Shown here one piece after another: positions 26,183 to 35,789 of a stretch of 64,000 nucleotides of DNA. Position 1 is the stretch's first letter. Each line of letters opens with the position of its first letter. This DNA comes from Desulfatiglandales bacterium (GTDB lineage: Bacteria; Desulfobacterota; DSM-4660; Desulfatiglandales; HGW-15). Under the pieces are notes generated by a model that was not told the DNA's origin, did no database searches, and saw only the letters and a program-made list of their open reading frames with translations. A program made the position numbers and the translations under genes. The stretch covers positions 1,920,001 through 1,984,000 of the forward strand of contig CAXXJJ010000004.1 in assembly GCA_963667015.2 (NCBI GenBank), given 5' to 3'.

Positions 26183-28474
26183 ATGTGGATAAATGGACAA
26201 CATATTAATGAGAAGCTGATTGAAAAGATAAGCAAGGCTATTGAGTCAGAGCCTGAGATATCCAGGCGAGAGTTATCGAGACGGGTGTGTGAGTGGGTAG
26301 GCTGGCGATCAGCGAATGGCAAGCTTAAGGAAATGAGCTGCAGGAAAGTGCTTCAGGAACTACAAAGGCGAGGAAGCATCAGGTTACCTAAAAGTGAAAA
26401 AACTTATGGATTTCAAAACATCAATGTTGAAAAAGGACAGGTATTACCCTGGGTAAAAGAAGCGGATTGTGATCTTAGCGGACTGGGCAGAGTCGAGGTA
26501 ATACCTGTAAGCAGCCGTTACAGCAAGAGCTCTCGTGACTGGAACCAGTTGCTTGATGGGTATCACTACCTTGGGCGGGGGCCTTTATGTGGAGCACAGA
26601 TTCGCTATTTGATTAAGAGTGAAAAATATGGCTGCATAGGTGGCCTGAGCTTTAGCGGAGCGACCCGGAAATTAAAGGCACGAGAGGAATGGATAGGATG
26701 GAGCGAAGGAGCCCGAAGACAAAATTTAGAGAAGGTGGTATGCAACAGCCGCTTTTTAATAGTCCCGACAATAAGGGTGAAGAACCTTTCATCGCATGTA
26801 TTAAGCCTGAGCCTTAAGCGATTGAGAGAGGATTGGCTGAAAAAGTACAAATATGAGATAGAGCTTGTTGAGACCTTTGTAGATCCGGTAAGATTCAAAG
26901 GTACTAGCTATATAGCCTCGAACTGGACAAAGATAGGGGAAACTGCTGGCCGGAGAGACGGCTACGCGAACGGGAAAATATCGAGTGGAAAGAAAGATAT
27001 ATATGTATATCCGCTTACGAAGGAGTATCGAGAGAGGCTATGCCATGAAAGCCCGAGTTTGTTGGGATGCGGCAAACGACTTTTCGAGCCACAGGACTGG
27101 GTTGAAGAGGAGTTTGGGGGAGTTGAGCTATACGATGGAAGATTAAAGGAAAGGTTATTTACTCTGGCGAGGGATTTTTATTCTCAGCCTGGAAAACTTG
27201 TTCCACAAGCGAGCAATGGCTCAAAGGCAAAGGTTAAGGCAGCGTACCGATTTTTTGATAATGGCAACATAGATATGCAAGTATTATTGAAACCGCACAT
27301 AGAGTCGAGCATAGAGAGGATAAAGGGACACAGTGTTGTTCTTGCAGTACAGGACACAACTACCCTTACATATAGTCATCATGCAGTAGAAGGAATGGGG
27401 CCGGTGAACACGAAGGGAGACAGATCTGTTGGTCTGTTGGTTCATGATACCATGGCTTTTACAGAAGATGGTGTTCCATTAGGTCTTCTTGATGTTCAAT
27501 GCTGGTCGAGAAAAGAGGAGGAAGCTGGTAAAAGGGAGTTTCGCGCGCGCCTGCCGATTGATCAAAAGGAAAGCATAAAATGGCTTAAGAGTTATCGGGC
27601 AGTGGAAGAAGTTCAGGGTCTTTGTCCGGATACTACGCTTGTGAGTGTTGGTGATCGAGAAGCCGATATATATGAGTTTTTCGAAGAAGCCGGCAGGAAT
27701 GTATCGGGTCCGAAGCTGCTGGTTCGAGCCAAGCGTGGAGGAGGGAAGAAATCAGAAGAAGCGAGTCTTTTGGAAAAACTTTTAGAGGCTCCTTTGTCAG
27801 GCACACAGGAGCTTTTTATACCCCGAAAAGGATCACGTCGAGCTAGAACTGCTAAGTTAGGGATACGCTTTATCGAGATAGAGAAAAGGGCGCCCAGAAA
27901 AAAAGCCAACAGGCCGTCTATAAGGATGTGGGCGGTTCTTGCCAAGGAAATCGAAGCTGGTGAAAATGTTAAGGACCCGCTTGAATGGATATTGTTGACA
28001 ACAGTTAAGACAGAAACATTTGAAGACGCTTGTAAAAGAATAGCCTGGTACAGCAAACGTTGGGGAATAGAAACATATCACCGGACATTAAAAAGCGGAT
28101 GCCGGATAGAAGACCGAAGACTGGAAAATGCAGACAGGTTAGAAGCCTGCCTGGCAATTGATTTTGTAGTTGCCTGGAGAATATTCTGGATGACAAAACA
28201 AGGTCGAGAGATCCCCGACATTCCTTGTGATGTATTTTTAAGTGAAGACGAGTGGCAGGTTTTATGGATCAAGATAAATAAAGGTCCGATTCCAGCCAAA
28301 CCGCCATCTATAGGTCAAGTGCTTCCAATGATTGGAGCGCTGGGTGGATACCTCAACAGAAAGGGGGATGGTCCTCCTGGTACCACAAGTATGTGGAGAG
28401 GTCTTACGCGGCTTCAGTCTATGGCCGAAGGTTACGCACTTGCTAAAAGACACATGCAGCGAGCAGGACCTTAA
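26183..28474 (+). CDS. IS4/Tn5-type DDE transposase with N-terminal HTH and DUF4338 (DruA/Mom-like) domain
   Basis: YHYLG, NSRFLI, VETFVDPVRFKGTSYIASNW; then DWVEEEFG..DGRL, VQDTT, GDREAD, YSKRWGIETYHRTLKSGC, GPPG..MWRGL. Confidence 0.92.
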   Translation: MWINGQHINEKLIEKISKAIESEPEISRRELSRRVCEWVGWRSANGKLKEMSCRKVLQELQRRGSIRLPKSEKTYGFQNINVEKGQVLPWVKEADCDLSGLGRVEVIPVSSRYSKSSRDWNQLLDGYHYLGRGPLCGAQIRYLIKSEKYGCIGGLSFSGATRKLKAREEWIGWSEGARRQNLEKVVCNSRFLIVPTIRVKNLSSHVLSLSLKRLREDWLKKYKYEIELVETFVDPVRFKGTSYIASNWTKIGETAGRRDGYANGKISSGKKDIYVYPLTKEYRERLCHESPSLLGCGKRLFEPQDWVEEEFGGVELYDGRLKERLFTLARDFYSQPGKLVPQASNGSKAKVKAAYRFFDNGNIDMQVLLKPHIESSIERIKGHSVVLAVQDTTTLTYSHHAVEGMGPVNTKGDRSVGLLVHDTMAFTEDGVPLGLLDVQCWSRKEEEAGKREFRARLPIDQKESIKWLKSYRAVEEVQGLCPDTTLVSVGDREADIYEFFEEAGRNVSGPKLLVRAKRGGGKKSEEASLLEKLLEAPLSGTQELFIPRKGSRRARTAKLGIRFIEIEKRAPRKKANRPSIRMWAVLAKEIEAGENVKDPLEWILLTTVKTETFEDACKRIAWYSKRWGIETYHRTLKSGCRIEDRRLENADRLEACLAIDFVVAWRIFWMTKQGREIPDIPCDVFLSEDEWQVLWIKINKGPIPAKPPSIGQVLPMIGALGGYLNRKGDGPPGTTSMWRGLTRLQSMAEGYALAKRHMQRAGP

Positions 28475-28656
28475 ACATCTGTGTCAAGTGTGGGTAATAG
28501 TCAGGGCTTGACCGGGGAATCCAGTTTTTTTAAATCAAAAAAGACCTGGCAGTACACTGATATGAAAACACTGCTTATCAAGGTTAACGCGTTTAATAAT
28601 ATAATACAGGACCTGCTCGATTTTACAGCAGGTCCTTTTCTATTTGGAGGAATAAA

Positions 28657-29943
28657 ATTCCTGCTTTACTGAAAATAACAATCATCTTTGCAGGCATCCT
28701 GGTCCTGAACAGGCTCGGTCTTCACCTGGCCGTTTCACTGCTGGCAGGGTCCATATCCCTTGGGTTTTTAATGGCAATATCTCCCATGGAATTACTCACC
28801 TGCCTGTATGACAGTATCATAAACTACCAGACCCTCAGCCTCTCGCTAATCGTGTGGCTCATAATGGTTATGAGCGACATAATGGCAAAAAGCGGGCATA
28901 TGAAAAGGCTGGTGGGCAGTTTTACGCGTCTTGCCAGGGATGCAAGGATGGTAGCCACTGTAATGTCCGCCCTCATAGGGCTTTTGCCAATGCCGGGAGG
29001 GGCGCTCTTTTCCGCCCCGCTGGTGGATGAATCGCTCTCAAGGGTTAAAGCCACTCCTGAACAAAAGGCCTCGCTTAATTACTGGTTCAGGCATATATGG
29101 GAATACTGGTGGCCCCTGTACCCGGGGGTAATCCTTGCCATAGCATTATTAAATGTCGAAACATGGCATTATATGGCCTTTGCCATTCCCATGACTCTGC
29201 TGTCAATCGGGGCCGGTTATTTCTTTATCATAAGGCCCATGGATAAAACCGGTCAAAACGCCGGAAGCCGTGTTACATGGAGCGGTGTAAAGGAATTTAT
29301 CCATGAAATGATGCCGATTATTATTATCATTTTATCCATATTCATCATAACCGGGCTGTCCAAACTGCTCAAGGTTACAGCAGGCATAAGCATCCCTTCC
29401 CTTGCCCCTGTTATCACAGGGCTTGCAGGAGCTATCCTGTGGGTCTGCAGTACAAACAAAATAGCCCCGTCTGGGCTCCTTAAGGCAACATTCGGGAAAT
29501 CAAACCTTACAATGATCTTCCTGGTCATCTCCATAATGCTCTTTAAGGGAGTAATGACTGACTCGGGCGCGGTCCAGGCAATAAGAGACGAGCTGATGAC
29601 ATACGGGATACCCGCAATACTGCTCATAATTATAATGCCATTTTTTTCAGGATTTATACTGGGGATAGCAGTGGGTTTTGTGGGTGCATCCTTTCCGCTT
29701 ATTATACCGCTGATACCAGCCCATGACACATACACATACCTGTCATATGCCGCGCTGGCTTACACATTCGGGTACATGGGAATGATGCTTTCACCCGTGC
29801 ACCTCTGTTTTCTGGTAACAAGGGATTATTTCAAGGCAGGCATCGGGGGCAGTTACAGCTATATCATCAAGACCTGTGTTACAGTTCTTGTTTCTGCAAC
29901 CGTGCTTTTTTTTATATCAAATTTTCTGCATGGATTATTTTAA
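28657..29943 (+). CDS. DUF401 family membrane transporter (IT-superfamily-like)
   Basis: [41 protein letters not shown]; the hydrophobic N-terminus extends in frame upstream of ATG 28771 to an ATT after GGAGG. Confidence 0.85.
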   Translation: MPALLKITIIFAGILVLNRLGLHLAVSLLAGSISLGFLMAISPMELLTCLYDSIINYQTLSLSLIVWLIMVMSDIMAKSGHMKRLVGSFTRLARDARMVATVMSALIGLLPMPGGALFSAPLVDESLSRVKATPEQKASLNYWFRHIWEYWWPLYPGVILAIALLNVETWHYMAFAIPMTLLSIGAGYFFIIRPMDKTGQNAGSRVTWSGVKEFIHEMMPIIIIILSIFIITGLSKLLKVTAGISIPSLAPVITGLAGAILWVCSTNKIAPSGLLKATFGKSNLTMIFLVISIMLFKGVMTDSGAVQAIRDELMTYGIPAILLIIIMPFFSGFILGIAVGFVGASFPLIIPLIPAHDTYTYLSYAALAYTFGYMGMMLSPVHLCFLVTRDYFKAGIGGSYSYIIKTCVTVLVSATVLFFISNFLHGLF

Positions 29944-29945
29944 AA

Positions 29946-30788
29946 ATGAAGTATATCGGAGCCCATGTAAGCATAAGCGGCGGTGTTGAAAACGCCCCCC
30001 AAAACGCGGAAAATATCGGCGCAAAGGCCTTTGCCATGTTCACAAAAAATCAGAGGCAATGGCAGTCAAAACCACTGACAGATGAAAACATCACCCGCTT
30101 CAGGGCACACTGCATCAGTAAAGGTTACGATCCCGCGCACATCCTGCCCCACGACAGCTATCTTATCAATCTCGGGCACCCGGAAGAAGAGGGCCTCCTA
30201 AAATCAAGAAATGCATTTCTTGATGAAATGCAGCGCTGCGAACAACTGGGTCTTAAGTACCTGAATTTTCATCCCGGAAGTCACCTGAATAAAACTGCTC
30301 CCGAACAGTGTCTTGAAAGGATCGCCGAATCAATCAACATTATCCTTGATAAAACATCAGGCGTTACGGCTGTTTTAGAAAACACCGCCGGCCAGGGCAC
30401 CAACATGGGAAACCGGTTTGAAGAACTGGCCCTTATAATTAAAAATGTAAATGATAAAACCCGCATAGGAGTGTGCCTGGATACTGCCCACACCTATTCT
30501 GCCGGGTATGACATTAAAACTGCTAAAGGTTTTGAGAATACCCTGAAGGAGTTTGATAACATTGTTGGAATTGACTACCTGAAGGCCATTCACCTGAACG
30601 ATTCCAAAAAGGAATTCGGAAGCCGGGTGGACAGGCATGAGAGCATAGGGAAAGGCTCCCTCGGTCTTGAACCCTTCAGATTCATCATGAATAATCCTCA
30701 ATTTAATAATATCCCCATGGTTCTTGAAACACCCGATGAAAGTATATGGGAAAAGGAAATTAAACTCCTTTACAGCCTGATTGACTGA
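29946..30788 (+). CDS. nfo: Endonuclease IV
   Basis: [49 protein letters not shown]. Confidence 0.97.
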   Translation: MKYIGAHVSISGGVENAPQNAENIGAKAFAMFTKNQRQWQSKPLTDENITRFRAHCISKGYDPAHILPHDSYLINLGHPEEEGLLKSRNAFLDEMQRCEQLGLKYLNFHPGSHLNKTAPEQCLERIAESINIILDKTSGVTAVLENTAGQGTNMGNRFEELALIIKNVNDKTRIGVCLDTAHTYSAGYDIKTAKGFENTLKEFDNIVGIDYLKAIHLNDSKKEFGSRVDRHESIGKGSLGLEPFRFIMNNPQFNNIPMVLETPDESIWEKEIKLLYSLID

Positions 30789-30856
30789 TAACCGGTAATT
30801 TGCAGAAATTGTTTAAATATTAAATATGGTTTTAAATATTATAAAGAGGTGAAAAT

Positions 30857-31249
30857 ATGCCGTTTGTAAATGTAAAAGTGGTTAAGAGTCAAATCAATGA
30901 GGAAATAAAAGATAATATTATTAAGGGTCTTACTGATCTGATAGTAAATATAATGGGTAGAGATCAATCTCTTACCACAATTGTAATTGATGAAATTGAG
31001 AATTCTTCATGGGCAATTAATGGTGCCGCAATTAATCTTGATAAAGATTTTGTGTCATTTATAAATATCAAGGTATCAAAGGGGACAACAAACCCTGAAG
31101 AAATGTCGACCATGATAAAGGAAATCAAAAATCTTATGGCGAGAGTAATAGGCAACCAGGCAGTAGCCAATTATGTAATTATTGATGAATTGAATTCTGC
31201 TGGCTGGGGGTTTGATGGTTTATCAATGAATGACCGATCAAAATTATAA
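30857..31249 (+). CDS. Fused (tandem) 4-oxalocrotonate tautomerase family protein
   Basis: N-terminal Pro (MPFVNVK) and two repeats ending VIDE..SWAING / IIDE..GWGFDG; AT-rich. Confidence 0.8.
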   Translation: MPFVNVKVVKSQINEEIKDNIIKGLTDLIVNIMGRDQSLTTIVIDEIENSSWAINGAAINLDKDFVSFINIKVSKGTTNPEEMSTMIKEIKNLMARVIGNQAVANYVIIDELNSAGWGFDGLSMNDRSKL

Positions 31250-31253
31250 AAAA

Positions 31254-31316
31254 GCTCAACAAGGCGATTTCAATTAGACACACAAAAAGCCGCGCGGCTG
31301 ATTAGCGACGGTATAA
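31254..31316 (+). other. Degenerate integron attC-like site
   Basis: GCTCAAC (RYYYAAC) 4 nt after the stop, AAGGC spacer, ...GCGGCTGATTAGCGACGGTATAA with GGT in place of GTT. Confidence 0.45.
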
Positions 31317-31331
31317 AATCGTGAATGGGTA

Positions 31332-31691
31332 ATGAGTTTTCTGGTAAAATTATCACCTGACAACCCGCCGATAACGCTCAGAGAGCTGAGTCCTGAACTG
31401 GTTGCCCGTTATCTGCCGCCTTTTACCCCTCCTTCACAATGGCCGGACACCTGGAAACAGAAAGCAAAAGAAGAAGATGTTTATACCGGCAAGGGGTTTA
31501 ATATAAGGTTTAAAAATGGTAAACTGTTATCAATCGGTATCTGCTCCCATTGTGATGGTAGAAGAGAATACCCTATCGTAGGAACACTGGATGGACAGCA
31601 TTTTTATACGCTGCCCCTGACGGAGCAGCAGGTCATAGAAGTCTTTGGACCGCCTGATCGCATATTCAAGGTAAATGAAGTAAGATATTAA
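31332..31691 (+). CDS. Hypothetical protein (possibly 5'-truncated)
   Basis: 119-aa ORF, no clear RBS or motif. Confidence 0.45.
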   Translation: MSFLVKLSPDNPPITLRELSPELVARYLPPFTPPSQWPDTWKQKAKEEDVYTGKGFNIRFKNGKLLSIGICSHCDGRREYPIVGTLDGQHFYTLPLTEQQVIEVFGPPDRIFKVNEVRY

Positions 31692-31766
31692 CGTCAACAA
31701 ACAGGTTAAAAGGAGAGGCCCGGCCCCTTCAGTTAACCTGGACGCTATTTCTAAAAAGGAGGCCAT

Positions 31767-32129
31767 ATGCCCATAAAAATTCATCAGCCAACGATTATCG
31801 AGGCAGCCGGAAACAAATTCAAAAGAATTGAAGAGTATATCGGCCGTGTAAATACAAAAACACCGGACGTGAGTATAGCCCGTGTTGTGAGTCCTCCGGG
31901 ATGGACAGAACCCGGTCAGAAATCAGAATTCACCGAGTGTACAGTCGTATTGAAAGGGGTATTGCAGGTTGAAACAGGTTCGGACATGTTCATTATTCAT
32001 GCAGGTGAAGCCATCATAGTAAATGCAGATGAGCGGGTTCAATACAGCACACCCGGTGAAGATGGCGCCGAATATTTCTCCGTCTGCGTGCCCGCATTCT
32101 CACAAAATTCGGTTCAGAGAGCCGAATAA
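31767..32129 (+). CDS. Cupin domain protein
   Basis: AGGAGG RBS; IEEYIGRVN, SPPGWTEPGQ, YSTP, VCVPAFS. Confidence 0.85.
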   Translation: MPIKIHQPTIIEAAGNKFKRIEEYIGRVNTKTPDVSIARVVSPPGWTEPGQKSEFTECTVVLKGVLQVETGSDMFIIHAGEAIIVNADERVQYSTPGEDGAEYFSVCVPAFSQNSVQRAE

Positions 32130-32266
32130 TCCAGGCGCGGAGTTTAAACCTAACTAAAAATATGGTCTAAAGGAAATAGCCTGATATATGGAAAAATTGA
32201 ACGCTGTCCCAAAGGGATATTACTTAATCAGGTCATATGTTAAACCCACAATAAAGGATCGCCCTT

Positions 32267-32485
32267 ATGGAAAGAAAATATATCTTTCACCATACCGGGA
32301 AAGGGTTTTTATTATTTTTAGCAGGTCTTCTGTTCCTGTTTGGCACCTGTATATTTTTAGTTTTTAATTTTCCGGACTCAAAGTTTATGAATTATGGCAT
32401 ATTTTCTTTTCTGGCGTTCTGCATAATTTTTATGTCTTTTAAAGTTGATAAGACCGCTTTGAACAATAGAGACAAGGGGCACTAA
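32267..32485 (+). CDS. Small hypothetical membrane protein (two TM segments)
   Basis: AAGGA RBS; two hydrophobic stretches. Confidence 0.5.
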   Translation: MERKYIFHHTGKGFLLFLAGLLFLFGTCIFLVFNFPDSKFMNYGIFSFLAFCIIFMSFKVDKTALNNRDKGH

Positions 32486-32863
32486 CCAGTGAATAATGTC
32501 AGGGGAATGAACCCGTGAGGATATTATCTGCCATTAATCTTGTTGTAAAAGAGGTACATTATTCAGGAATGAAGGCCCAAAAATATCTCAAGACCATGGA
32601 CAATGAAAATTTTATTGTTCTTAAAGGGCTTTTGGCTGCTATTAAATAAAATTCTGATACCGGTATAACAACAGCAATTCAAGGTATAATAACAAATAAC
32701 AACAGTAGACCAGCCAATTTCACGCCAATATTTTGACACTTTTTCAGGCATATCAATAAACTAATATTATTTTTGAATTTGATATTTTCTAAATAATACT
32801 TATTATTATAGATTATTGAGTTTCTTAAGAAATAATCCTTAACATCAGACAGGAGCGAAATAT

Positions 32864-34159
32864 ATGGATGGAAAAGCTGTACTCACCATTGACGGGAAAA
32901 ATTATGAACTGCCGATCATTGTCGGATCAGAAGGCGAACGTGCTATTGATATCAGAAACCTAAGAAAATCAACCGGGCTTATCACTGTTGATCCTGGCCT
33001 GGCAAACACGGGAAGCTGTAAGAGCGCCATAACCTTTATGGATGGTGAAAAAGGAATTCTGAGATACAGAGGAATACCCATTGAAGAGCTTGCGGAAAAA
33101 TCTTCCTTTGTTGAAACCGCCTATCTGCTTATAAATGACAAACTGCCGAATCAAAAGGAACTGAACAATTTTTCTGTAATGCTCAATGATCACAGCCTTG
33201 TACATGAAGATATGAGAAATTTCTTTGCCAACTTTCCAAGGATCTCTCACCCAATGGGAATATTGGCATCGATGGTAAATGCGCTCAGGGCCTTTTATCC
33301 GGAGATCCCGGAGCGTACTGAAGAGGAAGAGATTGACAAGACAGTGACAAGGCTTCTCTCAAAAATCAGGACAATGGCAGCAATGTCATACAGGATATCC
33401 AGAGGACACAAGGTTGTCTACCCCAGACATGATTACTCATATGCGGCCAATTTTTTAAACATGATGTTTGAAACACCGGTACGTCCCTATGAAATTGATC
33501 CTGACCTGGTAAAGGCATTGAATGTATTCTGGATACTGCATGCGGATCACGAGCAAAACTGCTCCACCGCTGCGGTGCGTCTTGTGGGAAGCGCCAGGGT
33601 AAACCTTTACGCTGCTATATCGGCAGGCATCAGTGCACTTTGGGGGCCTCTTCATGGAGGTGCGAACCAGGCAGTAATTGAAATGCTAAATGACATTCAT
33701 GAACACGGGGGAGATGTGGCGCCTTTTGTTGCCAGGGCAAGGGACAGGAATGATCCATTCCGTCTAATGGGTTTCGGGCACAGGGTTTACAAGACTTATG
33801 ATCCCAGGGCAAAGATAATGAAAAAATGGTGCCACAAGATCCTTAAAAAACTTCACGTGAATGATCCTCTCCTGGACATTGCCATGGAGCTTGAAGAAGT
33901 GGTCAGAAAAGACCCTTACTTTATAGATCATAACCTGTATCCCAATGTCGATTTTTACGCAGGAATTGTCCTGAGGGCGCTGGAAATACCTTTAAACATG
34001 TTCACTGTCATGTTTGCTATAGGCCGATTACCCGGGTGGATAGCCCAGTGGAAAGAGAGCATGGAAGACCCGGACTGGAAACTTCACCGACCAAGACAGA
34101 TATATACAGGACTTAAAAAAAGAAGTTATGTTCCAATGAAAAAAAGGGAAGAGAAATAG
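32864..34159 (+). CDS. gltA: Citrate synthase (Si-type)
   Basis: LHADHEQNCST, GPLHGGAN, MGFGHRVYK, YPNVDFY. Confidence 0.96.
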   Translation: MDGKAVLTIDGKNYELPIIVGSEGERAIDIRNLRKSTGLITVDPGLANTGSCKSAITFMDGEKGILRYRGIPIEELAEKSSFVETAYLLINDKLPNQKELNNFSVMLNDHSLVHEDMRNFFANFPRISHPMGILASMVNALRAFYPEIPERTEEEEIDKTVTRLLSKIRTMAAMSYRISRGHKVVYPRHDYSYAANFLNMMFETPVRPYEIDPDLVKALNVFWILHADHEQNCSTAAVRLVGSARVNLYAAISAGISALWGPLHGGANQAVIEMLNDIHEHGGDVAPFVARARDRNDPFRLMGFGHRVYKTYDPRAKIMKKWCHKILKKLHVNDPLLDIAMELEEVVRKDPYFIDHNLYPNVDFYAGIVLRALEIPLNMFTVMFAIGRLPGWIAQWKESMEDPDWKLHRPRQIYTGLKKRSYVPMKKREEK

Positions 34160-34198
34160 GCATCAGCTGACATTCGGCCCCTGGTTTTTCTGATATAA

Positions 34199-34231
34199 CG
34201 GCATACCCTTTAAAGGATGTGCCGTTTTTTT
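34199..34231 (+). terminator. Intrinsic terminator after citrate synthase
   Basis: CGGCATACC...GGATGTGCCG plus a T run. Confidence 0.6.
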
Positions 34232-34251
34232 TATTCCAAACCGAAAATAGC

Positions 34252-34266
34252 TGGCATAAATTTTGT
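34252..34266 (+). promoter_or_regulatory. Putative sigma54 promoter of the GGDEF gene
   Basis: TGGCAT-AAATT-TTGT (one mismatch at -12). Confidence 0.4.
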
Positions 34267-34350
34267 ATAATATTTATCAGATTAATGTTTATCTGGCAGC
34301 AAAAATTAAATTTTTATAGAATCAGCATAAAAAATCAGGGAACCAGTCAT

Positions 34351-35685
34351 ATGGCAGATGCTAAAAAAGAATTGTTAAAATTGAAGAAAGACTTTATTGA
34401 CCTCATTGAGTCCAGAAGAGAAGAGCGGGAACTCATGTTAGAGGTCATAAATTCTCTTAATCTTCTTTCAACCGATGAAGATATATCCGATAAAATAAGG
34501 CAGATAAAAGATGAGATAGTCCCTGAAGGAGAGATTTACCCTGAGGGTATTAAATCACTCAGCCGGGAGATAAAAGATCTGCTGATAGCAAAAGAAAGGG
34601 TCAGCGGGGATAAAGAACTTGATGAGATAGAACTTCTTACTGATAAGTTTATTGAATCATGCCGTATCATGAAGAGAGTTATGGCTGCGGTACTTGAAGA
34701 TTTCTATCCCCTGTCAAATGACATGCAGGAGACCGCCGACGCCATAAGGGTAGAATGCAAAGGAGACCCTGCCCAGATAGAAATAAAAAAACCTTCGGAT
34801 GCCCTTCTGGAGTATATTAATAAAATAAAAATAACCATAGCGAATGATTTTGATCAGATTAACAGCACATTTCTGAACCTGCTGACACAGGTAAGGGAGC
34901 TTGAAAAAAGCCTGATTGCTGATTTCGGCAGCGAAACAAGTTTAAAGGAAATGGAAAGTTTTGAATCAGACATCAACCAGCAGGTCGGAAACATAACAGA
35001 ATCCTTTAACTCCTATACAACCATAAATGAGCTGAAAGAAGCAGTAATAGGTAAACTGAAAAAAATAAAAGACCTTGTATTTATCAGGAAAAAGGAAGAG
35101 ATTGAAAAATCCAGGGCTGCTCAGGAAAGTATGAAGCGGCTGAATGAAAGAATAAATACAGTAGAAAAAAAGGCCCAGCAGATGTCTGCACAGGCCAAAA
35201 AATACCAGAAAGCCGCCACAAAAGACGGACTTACCGGCCTGTTTACCCGCGGGGCCTTTGATGCAAGGATCAGAGAGGCATTTGCAGCCTTCACTACCCT
35301 GAAAAAGAATTTTTCCATAATAGTATTTGATGTAAATAAGTTTAAGCAGATAAACGATACCCTCGGTCACATAGCCGGCGATAAGGTTCTGAAAAAAATC
35401 TCCGAATGTCTGGAGGAATCCTTTAGAAAGAATGATTTTATTGCAAGATATGGCGGCGACGAGTTTATTGTAATAATAGAAGATCTTTCAGAGGAGATGG
35501 CAAATGAAAGGATTGATTTATTTAACAGGAATCTTAAAAAGAGACGCTTTGTTTCCCAGAAACATGGAGAAATAAAACTGTCTGTAAGTGCCGGAACAGC
35601 AAGGGTGATGGAAAACGACACCATCGAAAGCCTTATAGACAGGGCAGATCAGGCCATGTATTCATCAAAACAGGAAACTGTATAA
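34351..35685 (+). CDS. Diguanylate cyclase (coiled coil + GGDEF with RxxD I-site)
   Basis: DGLTGL, FKQINDTLGH, RKND..RYGGDEF; likely start ATG 34351. Confidence 0.9.
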   Translation: MADAKKELLKLKKDFIDLIESRREERELMLEVINSLNLLSTDEDISDKIRQIKDEIVPEGEIYPEGIKSLSREIKDLLIAKERVSGDKELDEIELLTDKFIESCRIMKRVMAAVLEDFYPLSNDMQETADAIRVECKGDPAQIEIKKPSDALLEYINKIKITIANDFDQINSTFLNLLTQVRELEKSLIADFGSETSLKEMESFESDINQQVGNITESFNSYTTINELKEAVIGKLKKIKDLVFIRKKEEIEKSRAAQESMKRLNERINTVEKKAQQMSAQAKKYQKAATKDGLTGLFTRGAFDARIREAFAAFTTLKKNFSIIVFDVNKFKQINDTLGHIAGDKVLKKISECLEESFRKNDFIARYGGDEFIVIIEDLSEEMANERIDLFNRNLKKRRFVSQKHGEIKLSVSAGTARVMENDTIESLIDRADQAMYSSKQETV

Positions 35686-35789
35686 TCTATTGCAGTATCT
35701 ATATACTGTGATCTTAAAAGCCCTGTATGGATTGCCGCTGTAAAATCCGGATTAAACAAAAACTTCATAATAAAAAAGAGGTATAAAAA

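Larger units (their letters stand above)
26130..28504 (+). mobile_element. IS4-family (IS50/Tn5-like) insertion sequence, 2375 bp, 9-bp TSD GGCTTGACC
   Basis: IRL CTGTCTCTGGGACACACTTGACAC; IRR reverse complement CTGACTATTACCCACACTTGACAC; GGCTTGACC at 26121-26129 and 28505-28513. Confidence 0.93.
26111..28524. repeat. REP-type palindrome split by the IS (halves 26111-26129 and 28505-28524)
   Basis: Removing the IS and one TSD restores GTCATTCCCCGGCTTGACCGGGGAATCCAG. Confidence 0.8.

Noticed and set aside
26183..27100. A complete Druantia defence system
   Set aside because: Only a DUF4338 domain inside an IS; no DruE-like helicase or other Dru genes nearby
32563..32751. 62-aa minus-strand ORF
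   Set aside because: No RBS or recognisable motif; AT-rich intergenic region
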